A stretch of DNA of 64,000 bases from Octopus vulgaris (GCA_951406725.2 OX597839.1:11842001-11906000); one strand, 5' to 3'; counted from the stretch's first letter, positions 13,001 to 28,361 are shown. Notes: generated by a model not told the origin, from the sequence alone. Translations and numbers: made by a program.

Positions 13001-14031
13001 CATACATATATACATACACACTTATATACATATATACATACATACTTATATACATATGTACATAAATACATACGTACGTACATACATACATATACATATA
13101 TACATGCGTAGTCACCTACATAGACACATATGTATATACTTATATACATATATACTTATATACAAATATATGTACATATATACATATATACATATATATG
13201 TACATGTATACATACATACATACATACATACATACATAACATACGTACATACACACAGACAGACGGACATGCATACATCAAATACGTTTTGTCTGTGATT
13301 TTGTGAAAACGGACTTCCCTTTTCATGAGATTCTATAGAAACAGCAAGAAGGCAATAAGTACAAAACACTGCAAAACACTCAAACAACAACAACAACAAC
13401 GACAACAAAAACAATCGACCCCAATAACAAAACCAAAAAAAGAACCCTCCCCACCCCTACCGGTTTGTGTGACCTCTTTGGTCATGTGAGAAAAACATGA
13501 CACGTCAGTCAGTTTACCACACACGTGACCTCTTTCACTTTGAAGTCGGCTTCGTATTAACAGGTGTGTAAGGTATTGTGTGGTATATATTGTTGCGTAT
13601 TATTGTGTATTGTGGTTTATTGAGGTCCATTGTTTCCTATTGGTGTGCGCTCAATTGTAGGGGCTGTGTGGGGCCGCTCTGCGCTTCTGTCCAACAATTC
13701 AGTGAAGGTTCTCACATTGCATGCGTGTTCTATCTCATTCACGCACGCACGTGTGTGTGTGCATGTGTGTATGTGTGTGTGTTTGTGTGTATGCTTGTGT
13801 GTAGACAAGTATGTATGGTAGCGTGCCACAGACGTGATTTGTACACTGAGTTTATGTGTGTGAAAAAATATATACATACACACATACACACAGACGCACT
13901 AAATCACAAATGTTTAAATGCATACACACATTGCATACTTATATATATATATGTATGTATATATGTATATATACATATATGTATATATGTATACATATAT
14001 AAGCATATGCGTATATGTTTCTATGTGTATA

Positions 14032-14078
<47 letters not shown>

Positions 14079-14091
14079 TTATATAAATAAA

Positions 14092-14345
14092 GATAAGATC
14101 GATATTTAAATATCGATCTTATCAAGTGGCCAGCATGGGAATAGAAACCTTCAAAGGTAATAATTATTATTAAAATTATAACATAGGGTATCTAAGAGAT
14201 ACCACCACGCTGGAAATAGCAGCCAAAACTTGACCCTAAAACCACATTAAAAGTTCATACAGCACCAGGAGAGAAGACAAAAAGACAAAATAATTACTGG
14301 CTTTCTGGCTCTGCATCAGAAATGCTTTGCCTCTTCAGTGGAATA
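14092..14345. mobile_element. Short element between TA tracts, starting with a 32-bp perfect palindrome; possible Penelope-derived remnant
   Basis: gataagatcgatattt|aaatatcgatcttatc at 14092-14123; CTGAAGAGGC...GCCAGAAA on the minus strand near 14300-14340; shares gctggaaatagcag with 54640. Confidence 0.45.
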
Positions 14346-14412
14346 TACACAGCACATAAATACAAATATACATATATATACATACATATTATATATATAT
14401 ACATACATATTA

Positions 14413-14495
<83 letters not shown>

Positions 14496-14499
14496 CAAT

Positions 14500-15010
14500 C
14501 AAAACAAATCAAAATAGATGAACATCAATGGAATTTGTATCTTTGTGGTACCAGTGCCGGTGGCACGTGGCACACAAGAAAACCATCCGAACGTGGCCGT
14601 AGCCAGTACCGCATCGACTGGCCTCCGTGCTGTGGGCACGTAACAAACACCATCCGATCGTGGCCGTTTGCCAGCCTCATCTGGCACCTGTGTCGGTGGC
14701 ACATAAAAACACCATCCGAGCGTGGCCGTCTGCCAGCCTCGTCTGGCACCTGTGTCGGTGGCACATAAAAAACACCATCCGAGCGTGGCCGTTTGCCAGC
14801 CTCGTCTGGCACCTGTGTCGGTGGCACATAAAATCACCCACTACACTCTCGGAGTGGTTGGCGTTAGGAAGGGCATCCAGCTGTAGAAACACTGCCAGAT
14901 CTGACTGGACTGGTGCAGCTTTCGGGCTCCCCAGACCCCAGTTGAACCGTCCAACCCATGCTAGCATGAAAGCGGACGTTAAATGATGATGATGATGATG
15001 ATGATGATGA
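14500..15010 (+). mobile_element. SINE-D with internal ~62-bp tandem repeats and an RTE-like 3' tail
   Basis: 3-4 units of caccatccgagcgtggccgtttgccagcctcgtctggcacctgtgtcggtggcacataaaa; tail ggttggcgttaggaagggcatccagctgtag...ggacgttaaa(tga)n. Confidence 0.8.
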
Positions 15011-15099
15011 TACATACATACATATTATGTATATATATATATAAATATATATATACATATAAGAGAGTGGACAAACGAAAAAAAGGCACTCAGTCAATT

Positions 15100-15385
15100 T
15101 ATCAGGAGTTACATCTATGGATCAAAATAGTTTGATTCAAAACCGTTGGTACTCTTGAGTTTCAAGTGTGATGCTAGTCGTCAGCCACTTTGAATTTGAA
15201 TGATAGAAGTTGATTTTTATGATCGTAAGGCGGTAGAGTAAGGTCACGCGGTCTCGTATTTTGATGTTGGTATATGGGTAACAGTTAGTTGGAACATACT
15301 GCATCCTGAACAAGAAATTGACCACGTAGCGGACAGGATATATACCACGAGAAGGTTAGGAAATCGGTCAGGTTATTGTGGGGAG
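15100..15385 (-). pseudogene. Possible Penelope-like GIY-YIG endonuclease remnant
   Basis: Minus strand reads CPLRGQFLVQDAV, resembling the CPLxGxCLxxxVVY motif upstream of the PLE GIY-YIG domain; heavily decayed. Confidence 0.4.
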
Positions 15386-15883
15386 GTAGGAAGGGACGCT
15401 ATGTGCAAGCATGTAGTTCTACATGTGGGTGTGTAGACGCTCTCATAAGGTTTTGCGTGCATGTGTGCATTGATGCGAGCTGGCGTATCTGTACATGGGC
15501 GTGCACGCGCACGTCTGCACACGCACACACACAGAGACTTGGATGGACACGCAAGCGCGAACACGCAAACATATACTCACGCATACGCACACATGCACAT
15601 ACAGAAAAGCGGCCACACACGCGCACACATGCGTATTCATGCATATGCATGTTCACATGCATGGACGCATGCATACCAATGTGTGCTCACACATGAAAGC
15701 GCGCGCACGTATGCATTCGAGCACGCATGCGCAATATATATGCACAGTACAAGCGTTGGTGATTGGTAGTGATGACACTTGTAAGAAGTTGTGAGTGTGT
15801 GGAAGCGTTTACTTCGTAAATATTCTGTTTTGTCTACGAGTGTGTGTATGTTGGGTGATTGATTAATGCTGGTCATATAATCA

Positions 15884-15946
<63 letters not shown>

Positions 15947-15999
15947 GTATATATGAATATATATATGTATGTATATATTTAATATATATATATGTATGT

Positions 16000-16509
16000 A
16001 TATATGTAATTCATACATATGTATGTATATATATTAATATATATATATGTATGTATATATATGTAATATATACATATATGTATGTATATATATGTAATAT
16101 ATACATATATGTATGTATATATATGTAATATATACATATATGTATGTATATATATGTAATATATACATATATGTATGTATATATATGTAATATATACATA
16201 TATGTATGTATATATATTTAATATATACATATATGTATGTATATATATGTAATATATACATATATGTATGTATATATATGTAATATATACATATATGTAT
16301 GTATATATATGTAATATATACATATATGTATGTATATATATGTAATATATACATATATGTATGTATATATATGTAATATATACATATATGTATGTATATA
16401 TATGTAATATATACATATATGTATGTATATATATGTAATATATACATATATGTATGTATATATATGTAATATATATATATATGTATATATGTAATATATA
16501 CATATATGT

Positions 16510-16510
<1 letters not shown>
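16000..16510. repeat. 31-bp minisatellite gtatgtatatatatgtaatatatacatatat, ~15 units
   Basis: Direct reading. Confidence 0.93.
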
Positions 16511-17700
<1,190 letters not shown>

Positions 17701-17724
17701 CACGCGCACATACACACGTACCTA

Positions 17725-18000
17725 ATCCTGATATAAAATATGCCCACAACAGAGGTAAATGTGTAAGTGTATAAATGAGTCGTGAAGAGGGTGACGAGTG
17801 CGGCACTTGAGAAAGATCAAAGGAAGATATCAAGGGATCAGGTGGTGTCAGAGTTGAAAGGTCAAAGGTACTTAACAACAAAAGCCTGAATAATTCATGG
17901 GTCCGCGGCCTTATAAAGCTCTCCTTAAGAGCGCAGATGGCAGGGTTATTGTTCTTAATGTTATTCTCTATCCTGAGGTCATTTCTGATTGAAGTGACCA
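17725..18000 (-). pseudogene. Possible LINE APE endonuclease N-terminal remnant
   Basis: NNNPAICALKESFI resembles the APE motif PDIIALxET; weak match. Confidence 0.3.
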
Positions 18001-18049
18001 ACGGTCAACTGTGTTCTACGCATGAGACCCTTGGACTGTATTAGCCAAT

Positions 18050-18202
18050 GGCGATGTAGTAAAAAGTTTGCTTCTCGACCACCTTGTTTCGGGTTCAGTC
18101 CCACTGCGTGACACCCTGAACAAGATGTCCTCTACTATAGCCTCAAGCCGACCAAAATCTCGTGAGTGGATTTGGTAAATTGAAACCGAAAGAAGCCCGT
18201 CT

Positions 18203-18243
<41 letters not shown>

Positions 18244-18385
18244 GTGTGGCTGCGTGGTTAGAAGCTTGCTTCCGAACTGTATGGCTCCTAGTTCAATCTC
18301 ACTGCAGGGTCCCATAGCAAACTTTTTTTTACTCGCCTCAGGCCGACCAAAGAATTGTCAGTGGATAGGGTACGCGGAAACTGTG
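18050..18385 (+). mobile_element. Two tandem SINE-B 5' halves
   Basis: gggttcagtcccactgcgtg...gagtggatttggta repeated around a (CA)n tract. Confidence 0.85.
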
Positions 18386-18389
18386 AAGA

Positions 18390-18995
18390 CCTCAATAAAA
18401 TTTAAGCACAACAGACCTGATATAATGATTTGGGACAGTTAAGAGAGAAACTGTGTATAGCTGTCCAGCGGATGTTAATATAAAGCTAAAGCTCAGTGTA
18501 AAAGAGAACATCTATGCTGATCTTTTGAAAAACCTGCAGTTATTCTATCCAGATTACAAGTTTAAGTTTATACCAGCAATTATTCGGGCCCTGGGATATG
18601 TAGCATACTGCCTAAATACCCGTCTTGAGAAATTAAGCTTCTTAAAACCAGAAAGGAGAAAGCTAATTCGAAGACTACAGATCCAAACCATGACCGGAAC
18701 TGTAAAAATCTGTAAAACTTTCCAGAAGTTTATCATTTAAATATATATGAGCTTGTCTAAGATATACCACAATATGTATGAAAATACATACATAAAACAT
18801 ACAAATCTGCACATACATAAATACATACATACATACATACATACATACATACATACATACATACATACATACATACATACATACATACATACCCTGTTCT
18901 TGATGTTGGAATTTCAGTAAAGTAGCCTTGGCGCTAGGTTAGAAACCGATTCTTTCTCTATTGGCAAGAAGTCTTGAAATAAACTGAATAATGAC
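18390..18995 (+). pseudogene. 3' end of an R4-like (RLE) non-LTR retrotransposon with 3' UTR
   Basis: KHNRPDIMIWD...SCPADVNI...KENIYADLLKNLQ...FIPAIIRALG...GTVKICKTF* (PD..D RLE motif and IP.IIGALG-like motif); UTR contains and ends in (TACA)n. Confidence 0.85.
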
Positions 18996-19209
18996 ATACA
19001 TATACACATACATGCATGCATACACACATACATGCATACATACATACACACATAAATACATACATACATACACACATACATACATACATACATACATACA
19101 TACATACATACATACATAAATACATACATACATACATAAGTCATAAATGACAGAAATATTTTGATGAACTTTTACTTAATATAAGAAAATAACAACACAC
19201 ACACACGTG

Positions 19210-20030
19210 TCGTTCATACTCGTGTAAAAGTCGAATTTTTTAGAGCATTCTTTAAGGTCAAATTTATGGGTTCGACTATTACATGGATACTGCTTTTGAG
19301 GGGCTGAAATTGAAGTTAGAATCCGAAGCAGCGTATCAGCAGCAGAAGCCCAACTGATGATGATGATGATGATGATGATGACAGAAGCCATTGAAAGATG
19401 AAATTCCATGAATGTGGGCAATGAAGAAAGCGACCATCATCTCAGTAGTTGTAGTGACATTGGGATCATTAGCAACAATGTGTAGGAAATTTGTTGGAGA
19501 CCTTGGGGTTAACATGAGGTAATATATGCTCAGAAGACCGCTCTATTAAGGACAGCGAGGATTTTGAGATTGGCGCTTGGATGTCAAGTATCATTGAAAG
19601 AGACCTTGTAAAACCTTTGGAAACAGGTTTCTGTTCGCTCTATAAAAATTAACCAGAGCGTGTGAAATCGAGATTTCAGAAGTGAACTAGAAATATGCTT
19701 GCAGCATATCCTGTGCATACATTATAGTAATGGAGTTGTGGCACCCATCAACAGATGTGTAGTGCTCGTTATTAAATGGTGATTTAATATAAGCACCAAG
19801 CATTCCAGCAAACACGGCAGGCTACAGTAAGGTAGCCACACAATTTTGTAACAGTATTATTTCTACGTACAGGTTAATACGGTATCTTGACCCACAAATG
19901 TTATCCTGTTGTTCGTGAAATACTATGGTCGACTTTTATATGGGGTCTATGGAAAATTCTCAATTTTTTGGCCAAAAATATGGGGTCGACTTTTACATGA
20001 ATTCGACTATTACTCGAGTGTATAGGGTAT
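19210..20030. mobile_element. Tc2/pogo-type non-autonomous DNA transposon relic
   Basis: Inverted ends atactcgtgtaaaagtcga ... tcgactattactcgagtgtatagggta; repeated ggtcgactt(t)tatatg subterminal motifs. Confidence 0.5.
19440..19640 (+). pseudogene. R4/Dong-like RLE C-terminal fragment
   Basis: VVVVTLGSL...AQKTALLRTARILRLAL resembles VVVGALG...QKTALLGTARILR. Confidence 0.7.
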
Positions 20031-20181
20031 ATATGAAATAATTACTTTACAAGACTATGATTGTAATAATTTTGATGTTTAAGGAAATATTTTTCTGTCT
20101 TTTTTCCGTTCATGTTTTTTTTTTTTATTCTTCTCTTGGTTCCAGATTCCAATGACAAACGAGTGTGTATAAATATATACC

Positions 20182-20389
20182 TATTTCGTTACTACCCACA
20201 AGGGGCTAAACACAGAGAGGACAAACAAGGACAGACAAACGGATTATGTCGATTACATCGACCCCAGTGCGTAACTGGTACTTAATTTATCGACCCCGTA
20301 GGGATGGAAGGCAAAGTCGACCTCGGCGGAATTTGAACTCAGAACTTAACGGCAGACGAAATACCGCTAAGCATTTCGTCCGGCATGCT
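20182..20389 (-). mobile_element. SINE-A
   Basis: Reverse complement of the SINE-A consensus. Confidence 0.92.
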
Positions 20390-20559
20390 CTCTATATATA
20401 CTCTGGGTTCATTGTATTCTTCTGATCATCGTCTTGACAACAATAAATGGCGTTCATCATCATATAATAGTGAACCGCATTGATAATGATGTTGAACAAA
20501 AGACAAAAAAAATTTATAAAATGAGTGGACCATTCAAAACGAGGCTTAAGATGATATAA

Positions 20560-20956
20560 TCTTTATATATAAAAGAGAGGTTGTGTGCTGTCTGTCTCCT
20601 ACAATTTAGATTCCTAACTACTCCCACATTTTGCGGTGCAGTTTAACCAAAACCGGGTATCTTATAGTCGTGATTCATATCGAGCCCTTCTGGGTATTAG
20701 CGCGCGTCTACGATGAGTCTACGATTTAAAAAATAATTTACCATCATTTTTTCCATTTTAATGCATTTTTCGCTATTATATAAGGGAAGTCTCTAAAAAT
20801 GTCTACGATGAGTCAACGATTAAAAAAAAAAATTACCATCATTTTTTTTTCCATTTTTAATGCATTTCTTTTGCTATTTTTTGGCTATAACTCTCTAAAA
20901 ATACTTATATAGTTATTTCCCTTACAAACCCGAGCAACGCCGGGCGATAATGGTAG
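20560..20956 (+). mobile_element. Non-autonomous Helitron
   Basis: A|TCTTTATATATAAAA 5' end; 3' GC hairpin cccgagcaacgccggg followed by GTAG|T (CTAG variant); A/T target; no TSD; internal ~100-bp duplication. Confidence 0.8.
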
Positions 20957-21485
20957 TTTAGACTAAAAGAACAACAGCGACAGAGAAAATACATGGTTAG
21001 AAGAATGAAAGGATAAATAATGACAGAGAACAGCTATTGTAATGATAGCACCATAAATAGATAGAGATAAGTAAGGCGTTGATGAAAATTATATAAAGGG
21101 CTGATGTGGAGATAAGAGAAAGTAGATATATGAATAATGCTGCGATGCGAGGATAAACAGAGATAACCGAGAATGAAACGTATAAGATACAATGAGATAA
21201 AACAGCTAAAGTAAACATTGATAACAATTCTACGAAGGGTTTTGATGTTGGGATAACAGACAACACTTATTAGAATAATCTGGTAATGTAATTAAAAATG
21301 ATAACAGGTAAAAAAAACAAAAAACAACAACAACAACAACAACAAATAATAGGCGTAAAATACGATGTTGTGCTTAATGATAACAAGTCCAATACTAAAA
21401 GAGTGAGCGATGTTTTGGTCACCGTCTGTCATTAATGACCGTGAATGAAGGTCTTAGTTGTCCACCCTGCTGGAACAGCGTTGTC

Positions 21486-21920
21486 GGATCTTTTCGGTTT
21501 GAACGGCAGTTTTTTCTAGCGGTGCCATATGAAATTGTCGCCCATAATTATGACCCTAGTATCGATCTATTGCATATCAATCTGTTTTAGGGTTAGGGTT
21601 AGTTAGGGTTGGTTAGGGTTAGGGGGAAGGGTATTTTTTTTTCTTCACAAATGTAAATAAACCCAATCTGTTTCTTAAACGAGAGACATATTCATACGGC
21701 ACAGAATGTTTTTTTTATCTCAATAGTGTTAGTGATTGGCTGAAATTGGAGAAATTGATAAAAAAAAACATAAACAAATATCTTACAAACTAAAGAGTTT
21801 TCTCAATAAAGCCAAGAGAAAAAGATGTTTTATAAACACATTCTACCAGTAAACGAAGTTTAAAATTTTTTAGTTACCTAGAAATTATGTTAAAAACTGC
21901 CGTTCAAACCGAATAGATCC
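21486..21920 (-). mobile_element. Merlin-like MITE, copy 2 (inverted)
   Basis: Same TIRs as copy 1; exact 8-bp TSD gcgttgtc; internal TTAGGG-like array at 21587-21626. Confidence 0.88.
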
Positions 21921-22689
21921 GCGTTGTCTGTGGTTGACCCATCCGATGTGCAAATGACAGTCTCTGTCACACAAACCGCACTTGGGGGGGGGGGGTCTGT
22001 CTGAGGAAGAAGAAGAAGAAGAAGAAGAAGAATATATCGGGAAGAGAGGAAAATTTTCCTAGCAGCTGATAACGAGACAACCAGGTGCATTTCGATCTTG
22101 ATGAGCCTTGTCAATGACGTATTGATAGTCAGTCAAAAGCTGAGACGAAATTTGTCGCCTCTGATATAGAAAAACGATGAAAGACATATTCTGATATTGC
22201 GAATAGCCGTCCGGCTGAATAAATATTCGCTATATGCAATGACATCTATGATTAATAGTTAATGTAAATACATCGTTGAAAAGCAAATTTGTGTGTGCTA
22301 TTCACAAGACACAGAGGGGCCGAAATGCATTTTGACATGAACGAATTCAATGACCCACTCTTTCAGTGACGCAACAAGATCTGATAAAAAAGAAATATGG
22401 TAAAATATAGCCTACAAAAAGAACAAGCAAACAACACAAATACATAAATATATGCGTATAACACACACACATACTGAAACAATATGGCTGTTGTTAAGTT
22501 GTTAATTATGGACGTCGCTAGCGGAAGCAATGACATATCTCTCTCTGTCCGTTAATTAAAATCATTAAATCTCTAATACCATCCAGTAATAATTCCGTTC
22601 TGCTGACGGCTAAACGGCTAAAACAGTATTATGGGAAACATAAACATCTCCGTCCTTCTCTCTCTCTAATTCCTTCTCTATCTTTCTAC

Positions 22690-23430
<741 letters not shown>

Positions 23431-23639
23431 TCATTCATACATAATTTATTGATGCAGTAAAACTGTGTGAAAATGCTAATTTATCGACTAAAAATTCCAA
23501 AAAGCAAATAACTTGTTTTATTTTATTTTATTTTATTCGTTTTCATTTTATTTCATTTATTTTATTGTATTTTGTTATGTTAAGCGAGATTTATTGTCGG
23601 ACATATTTGTTTTCGTATTTTTGTTTCAATAAAATTCAC

Positions 23640-23795
23640 GAGTGGTAAGAAGTTTGCTCTTCAAACACATGGTTCTGGGTTCAGTCCCACTGCGTGGCAT
23701 CTTCGCTAAATTTCTTCTACTATAGCCTCGGGCCGACCAAAGCCTTGTGAGTGGATTTGGGAGACGGAAACTGAAAGAAGCCCATCGAATATATG

Positions 23796-23870
<75 letters not shown>

Positions 23871-24090
23871 GTGTGTATATATTTGTGTCTGTGTTTGTCC
23901 CTCCATCATCGCTTGACAACCGATGCTGGTGTATTTACGTCCCCGTCACTTAGCGGTTCGGCAAAAGAGACCGATAGAATAAGTACTAGGCTTACAAAGA
24001 AGAAGTCCTGGGGTAGATTTGCTCGACTAAAGGCGGTGCTCCAGCATGGCCGCAGTCAAATGACTGAAACAAATAAAAGAGTAAAAGAGA
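23640..24090 (+). mobile_element. SINE-B, full length, with internal (TA)/(TATG) microsatellite
   Basis: Best-preserved copy: head gtggtaagaagtttgc..., tail ggcggtgctccagcatggccgcagtcaaatgactgaaac. Confidence 0.93.
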
Positions 24091-24172
24091 GTATAGCCTC
24101 TGGCCAACTGAAGCCATGTGAGTGGATCTGGTTGACGAAAACTGAAAGAAGCCCAACGTATATATAATATAT

Positions 24173-25283
24173 ACTATACTATCCGTGACTCGTTGGGTCA
24201 CTGACGGTTCAGGTTATAAAACACTGAAGCTGATTTCGACATTGCATTGAAATGAAAGCTCATTTTATGATGATTTAGTTAAATTTTTCAATTCACTCCT
24301 GTCATAATAGTTCTGGTTTACAAGTTCACGTTTAAGATTTTATTGCTTACTTACAGCATCTAATTGAAATAGAACTTCCGGAATAAACCTGAACTCCAGT
24401 AATAGCATTAATTTATGGCATGTGTGCACACTTCTACAAAAATGCAAAAGGAATTGTTATATAATGTAAGCATAAAATTAATAGAAACAGTTTTCCCATT
24501 TCAGGATTATGTTACTTTCGGTGTATTTTCCCATTATGTACTGTTTTGGCTATTTATGAAGGTACCCCAAAAAACCGCGTATCTCAGGAATCCGTGGTCC
24601 TATTTACGCGAAACTTGTTTTATTCAGTTTGTATTCACATTTCATGGGTGTCTTACTTTTAGAGTATTTTCCTATTATGCGCCGGTTTGGCTGTTTTCAA
24701 TTACGGACAAGCACGCACGCAAGTAAACACAAAACTGACATAGCTACATATGTGTACCCCACCGACTTTGTTGCCTCATAACTTCCAGAAAAATGGATAC
24801 TTTTTAACAAAATTTTCAACAAATATCGCTTTGATGCTGTGGATTTAGAGTATGTAGAGATCGACGGGAAAGAATATTTTCGAGGGTGTAGTGAGAGGAG
24901 TTTCCGAATTCACACGATCCAACTATTTTCCGTCATAACTTTCAGGAAAATGGATATATTTTAATGACATTTTATACAAATGCCTTTCAAACGGCATAGA
25001 TTACAATTATAAAGAAATTTGTAGGGAAATGTTTTTTCCGAGGGAGTGAGGAAATGAGTTTCGGGCCAGGAAGACCATATAAGTTGGAACTAAACCGTTT
25101 TTACGAGGATTTTCCCCACAACTTTCGAAATGATGGGAAGCATCTTATTGTGAGAAAAGTTTTAAAATTTTTTAGAATTCCTCATCATCTCACTCTGGAC
25201 AGATTTTGGCCATAAAAAAAGGGAAAAAAGCAAAAAATTTGGCATCACTCGAAAAAATGTTTAATTTATAGAATATAAACAGA
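24173..25283 (-). mobile_element. Probable non-autonomous Helitron (~1.1 kb)
   Basis: Minus strand begins A|TCTGTTTATATTCTATAAA; subterminal hairpin gtgactcgttgggtcac near the 3' end; internal repeated cataactt..gaaaatggata blocks. Confidence 0.45.
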
Positions 25284-25307
25284 TTCTCTTACACCGTTTC
25301 TAGAAAT

Positions 25308-25729
25308 GGATCTTTTCGGTTTGAACGGCAGTTTTTAACATAATTTCTAGGTAACTAAAAACTTTTAAACTTCGTATACTGGTAGAATGAGTTCATAAAA
25401 CATCTTTTTCTCATGGCTTTATTGAGAAAATTCTATAGCTTGTAAGATATTTGTTGTTTTTTTTCTTCAATTTCTGCAATTCCAACCAATCAATGACGTC
25501 CATTGAGGTAAAAAAAACATTCTGTGCCGTATGAATATGTCCCTCGTTTAAGAAACAGATTGGGTTTATTTACATTTGTGAAGAAAAAAAGATACCCTTC
25601 CCCCACCCCTAAGTAACCCTAACTCTAAAACAGATTTAAATGCAATAGATCGATACTAGGGTCATAATTATGGGTGACAATTTCATATGACACCGCTAGA
25701 AAAAACTGCCATTCAAACGGAAAAGATCC
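25308..25729 (+). mobile_element. Merlin-like MITE, copy 3
   Basis: Same TIRs and body; near-TSD ctagaaat/ctagaata. Confidence 0.88.
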
Positions 25730-26211
25730 CTAGAATAACCAAGCATGTGGATCATGTCAGAATTCACCTCAACTCGGCACTATACTGGCATACCTCTACT
25801 CACGTCGTTTAGAGTTACGTCTTTTGTTTTAAAGAAATTCATTTAAAAAATTGAACCTCAACTTGCGTCGATTTATCCGATTTTACGTCGATCTCAGCGA
25901 GCATATTTAAAAGCATAAAGATTTAAAAAAGAAAAACATCTGAAAACCAATACTGAAGTAGAAAATCAAGTAAGATATCTATGAAAATATGTACATACCT
26001 TTCAGTCAGTGGATAATGTTTTTAAATTGCTTCTTCGCGTTACATTGTTCTTCGCGTTACATTGTTTTTCGAGTTAAATCGCATATCTTGAAACTAATTA
26101 TCCACGTAAGTTGAGGTATGCTTGGATGGACTTACACTTTTTTGTCAACAGTTATTAACTGGTTTTAGTCGAGTTAGTACAATCGTTACACTACAGGGAA
26201 AATGCTTTATG

Positions 26212-26500
26212 TCTGTGGCTCTGAACCGGGATCCACATGACCTCTAAGGGTCCATATAAAGTTTTTAGTGATCCACGCGAATGAAACAGTAAAATAGGAA
26301 TCCACGGAATTTTAGGAGTCCACGGAACAATTTTTAGTTTAGATATATTTGTTGCAAGAAATAAAGCTTTTTCTAACGATTCACAAATGGCAAAAACAAA
26401 ATAGGAATTTTGAAAGAAGTTTCTATAAAACTAGTCTGTAAAATGTCGAATGGCAGCAGAGTCCACCAGAATAGAACAGAAATTAAAAGGGGACAATAGA
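26212..26500 (+). mobile_element. hAT-like DNA transposon relic
   Basis: ctgtggctctgaaccggggatccac end with repeated (g/a)tccac motifs; related ends at ~31600-31655 and ~41560-41590. Confidence 0.45.
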
Positions 26501-26679
26501 TTTTTTTTTTATATATTTCTTTTAACACATTACATTCTGAGTTCAGATCTCGCTGAAGTCAGCTTTGCCTTACATCTCTCAGCCTGGTCGATAAAAATAC
26601 AGAACTAATTAAATATTAGAATCGATGGTAAAGATTCACCTGCCCTTGAGACTAAATCAGAGTTTTTATTTTGTTTTCC

Positions 26680-27300
26680 TCATAATAATCCTTTCAACTA
26701 AAGGGACAAAGCTAAATATTTTAAGGAGGGGAGTCAGTTACAACGTCCCGAGCACTTTCACTGCTACTTATTTTATCGCTATGGAGGCGCAATGGCTCAG
26801 TGGTAGGGCGGAGGACTCGCGGTCGTAGGATCGCGGTTTCGATTCCCAGACCAGGCGCTGTGAGTGTTTATTGAGCGAAAACACCTAAAGCTCCGCGAGG
26901 CTCCGGTAGGAGATGTGTGTGGCGAACCCTGCTGTACTCTTTCACCACAACTTTCTCTAACACGTTCTTCCTGTTTTTGTTGCACCCGTATTTCAAAGGG
27001 CCAGTCTTGTCACACTATCTGTCACGCTGAATCTCCCCCGAGAACTACATTAAGGGTACACATGTCTGTGGAGTGCTCAGCCAGTTGTATGTTAATTTCA
27101 CGAGCAGGTTGTTCAGTTGATCAGATCAACTGGAACCCTCGTCGTCGTAACCGACGGAGTGACACGATTTTATCGATCACGAAAAGATGAAAGGCAAAGT
27201 CGGCCTCGATAGCATTTGAACTCAGAACATAAAGCCGGTAAAAAAGCTGTTAAACATCTCGTCCGGCATGTTAACGATTTTTACGAGTTCGTCACCTTAT
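26680..27300 (-). mobile_element. SINE-A2 split by a SINE-C insertion
   Basis: Reverse-complement SINE-A2 resumes after the insert. Confidence 0.8.
26781..27166 (+). mobile_element. SINE-C (tRNA-derived), full length
   Basis: tRNA-like head ggaggcgcaatggctcagtggtagggc...ggtttcgattccc with A and B boxes; 9-bp TSD attttatcg. Confidence 0.9.
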
Positions 27301-27774
27301 CTAATAACAACGTATTCGACCCACCCTTCATAGCACCCTATTTAGTAATTTGCTTCAAAAACCGTGCAATTAGTCTTTTAATTATACTCCCTGTTCACTT
27401 TATGTGGTTCTTGTCAAATAATTTCCCCTCTCCATCCTCGCCCCACACTGCTGGCCCTGTCTACTTTACATTCCTCACCTCAACGTTCGCTTTGTTACAT
27501 TTTTTCTTCATGATTTTCTTTCACCTTTTTTCTTCGTTTCTCTTTTTGCATCACGGGATTGTTGCTGTTGTTGTTGCAGCTGATTTTCTTCTTCTTCTTC
27601 TTCTTCTTCTTCTTCTTCTTCTTTCTTTCTTTCTTTCTTGTTTTCCTTTCCATTCTTCTGCTTACCCTTCTCGTTCTTCTTCGTCTTCTTCGTCTCCTTA
27701 GTGCTACTACTAGTATCACCAAACACTACCACCACCACCACCACCACCACCACTAGTTGTACTACCACCGCCGT

Positions 27775-27810
<36 letters not shown>

Positions 27811-28327
27811 GTCCACCGCTACCAATAGCCCACCCCCACTGCTACTACTACTACTATCACCATCACTACCACCACCACAACTAGTACTATCACCACCACT
27901 ATTACTACTACTACTACTACAACAACCACCTCCTCCCATCCTTTCTCCTCTATTCCTACCCGCTCTCTCTCTCTCTCTCTCTCTCTCTGACAACTCACGT
28001 GTCTGGTTAACAACACCTAGTCTCAAACAAGAGCTACATTGTCTTCTTCACTCAGTTATCGTACATATTAAGAACCCTCAAGCCCCACCCAACCATGACC
28101 CCTCCTTCAGACTCCTGGACACCCTGCAGCAGTAAAATATCTCAGAGCTGATAAGTCAGTGAGAAGAAAATAAGGAGATGAGTAGACGGGCAACGATGGT
28201 AATGGAATCATTTGCATTAGCTTACACACACACACACACAAAGGTGTGTGTATGCGTGTGTATATGCATATATATATATTTATATATAAATATATATATA
28301 CGCACATACACACACACATATATATAC

Positions 28328-28361
<34 letters not shown>

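Noticed and set aside
11784-13298. 504-aa, 391-aa and 399-aa ORFs
   Set aside because: All three frames are open only because the minisatellite lacks stop codons; the products are Y/I/H/T repeats with no domain
14580-14832. CRISPR-like or iteron-like 62-bp array
   Set aside because: Units are contiguous without unique spacers and belong to a SINE with a retroposon tail
21587-21626. True telomere or chromosome fusion site
   Set aside because: Short, degenerate and internal to a MITE bounded by TIRs and a TSD
26783-26855. tRNA gene
   Set aside because: The tRNA-like head continues into a SINE body with a TSD and no complete acceptor stem; the same applies at 48681
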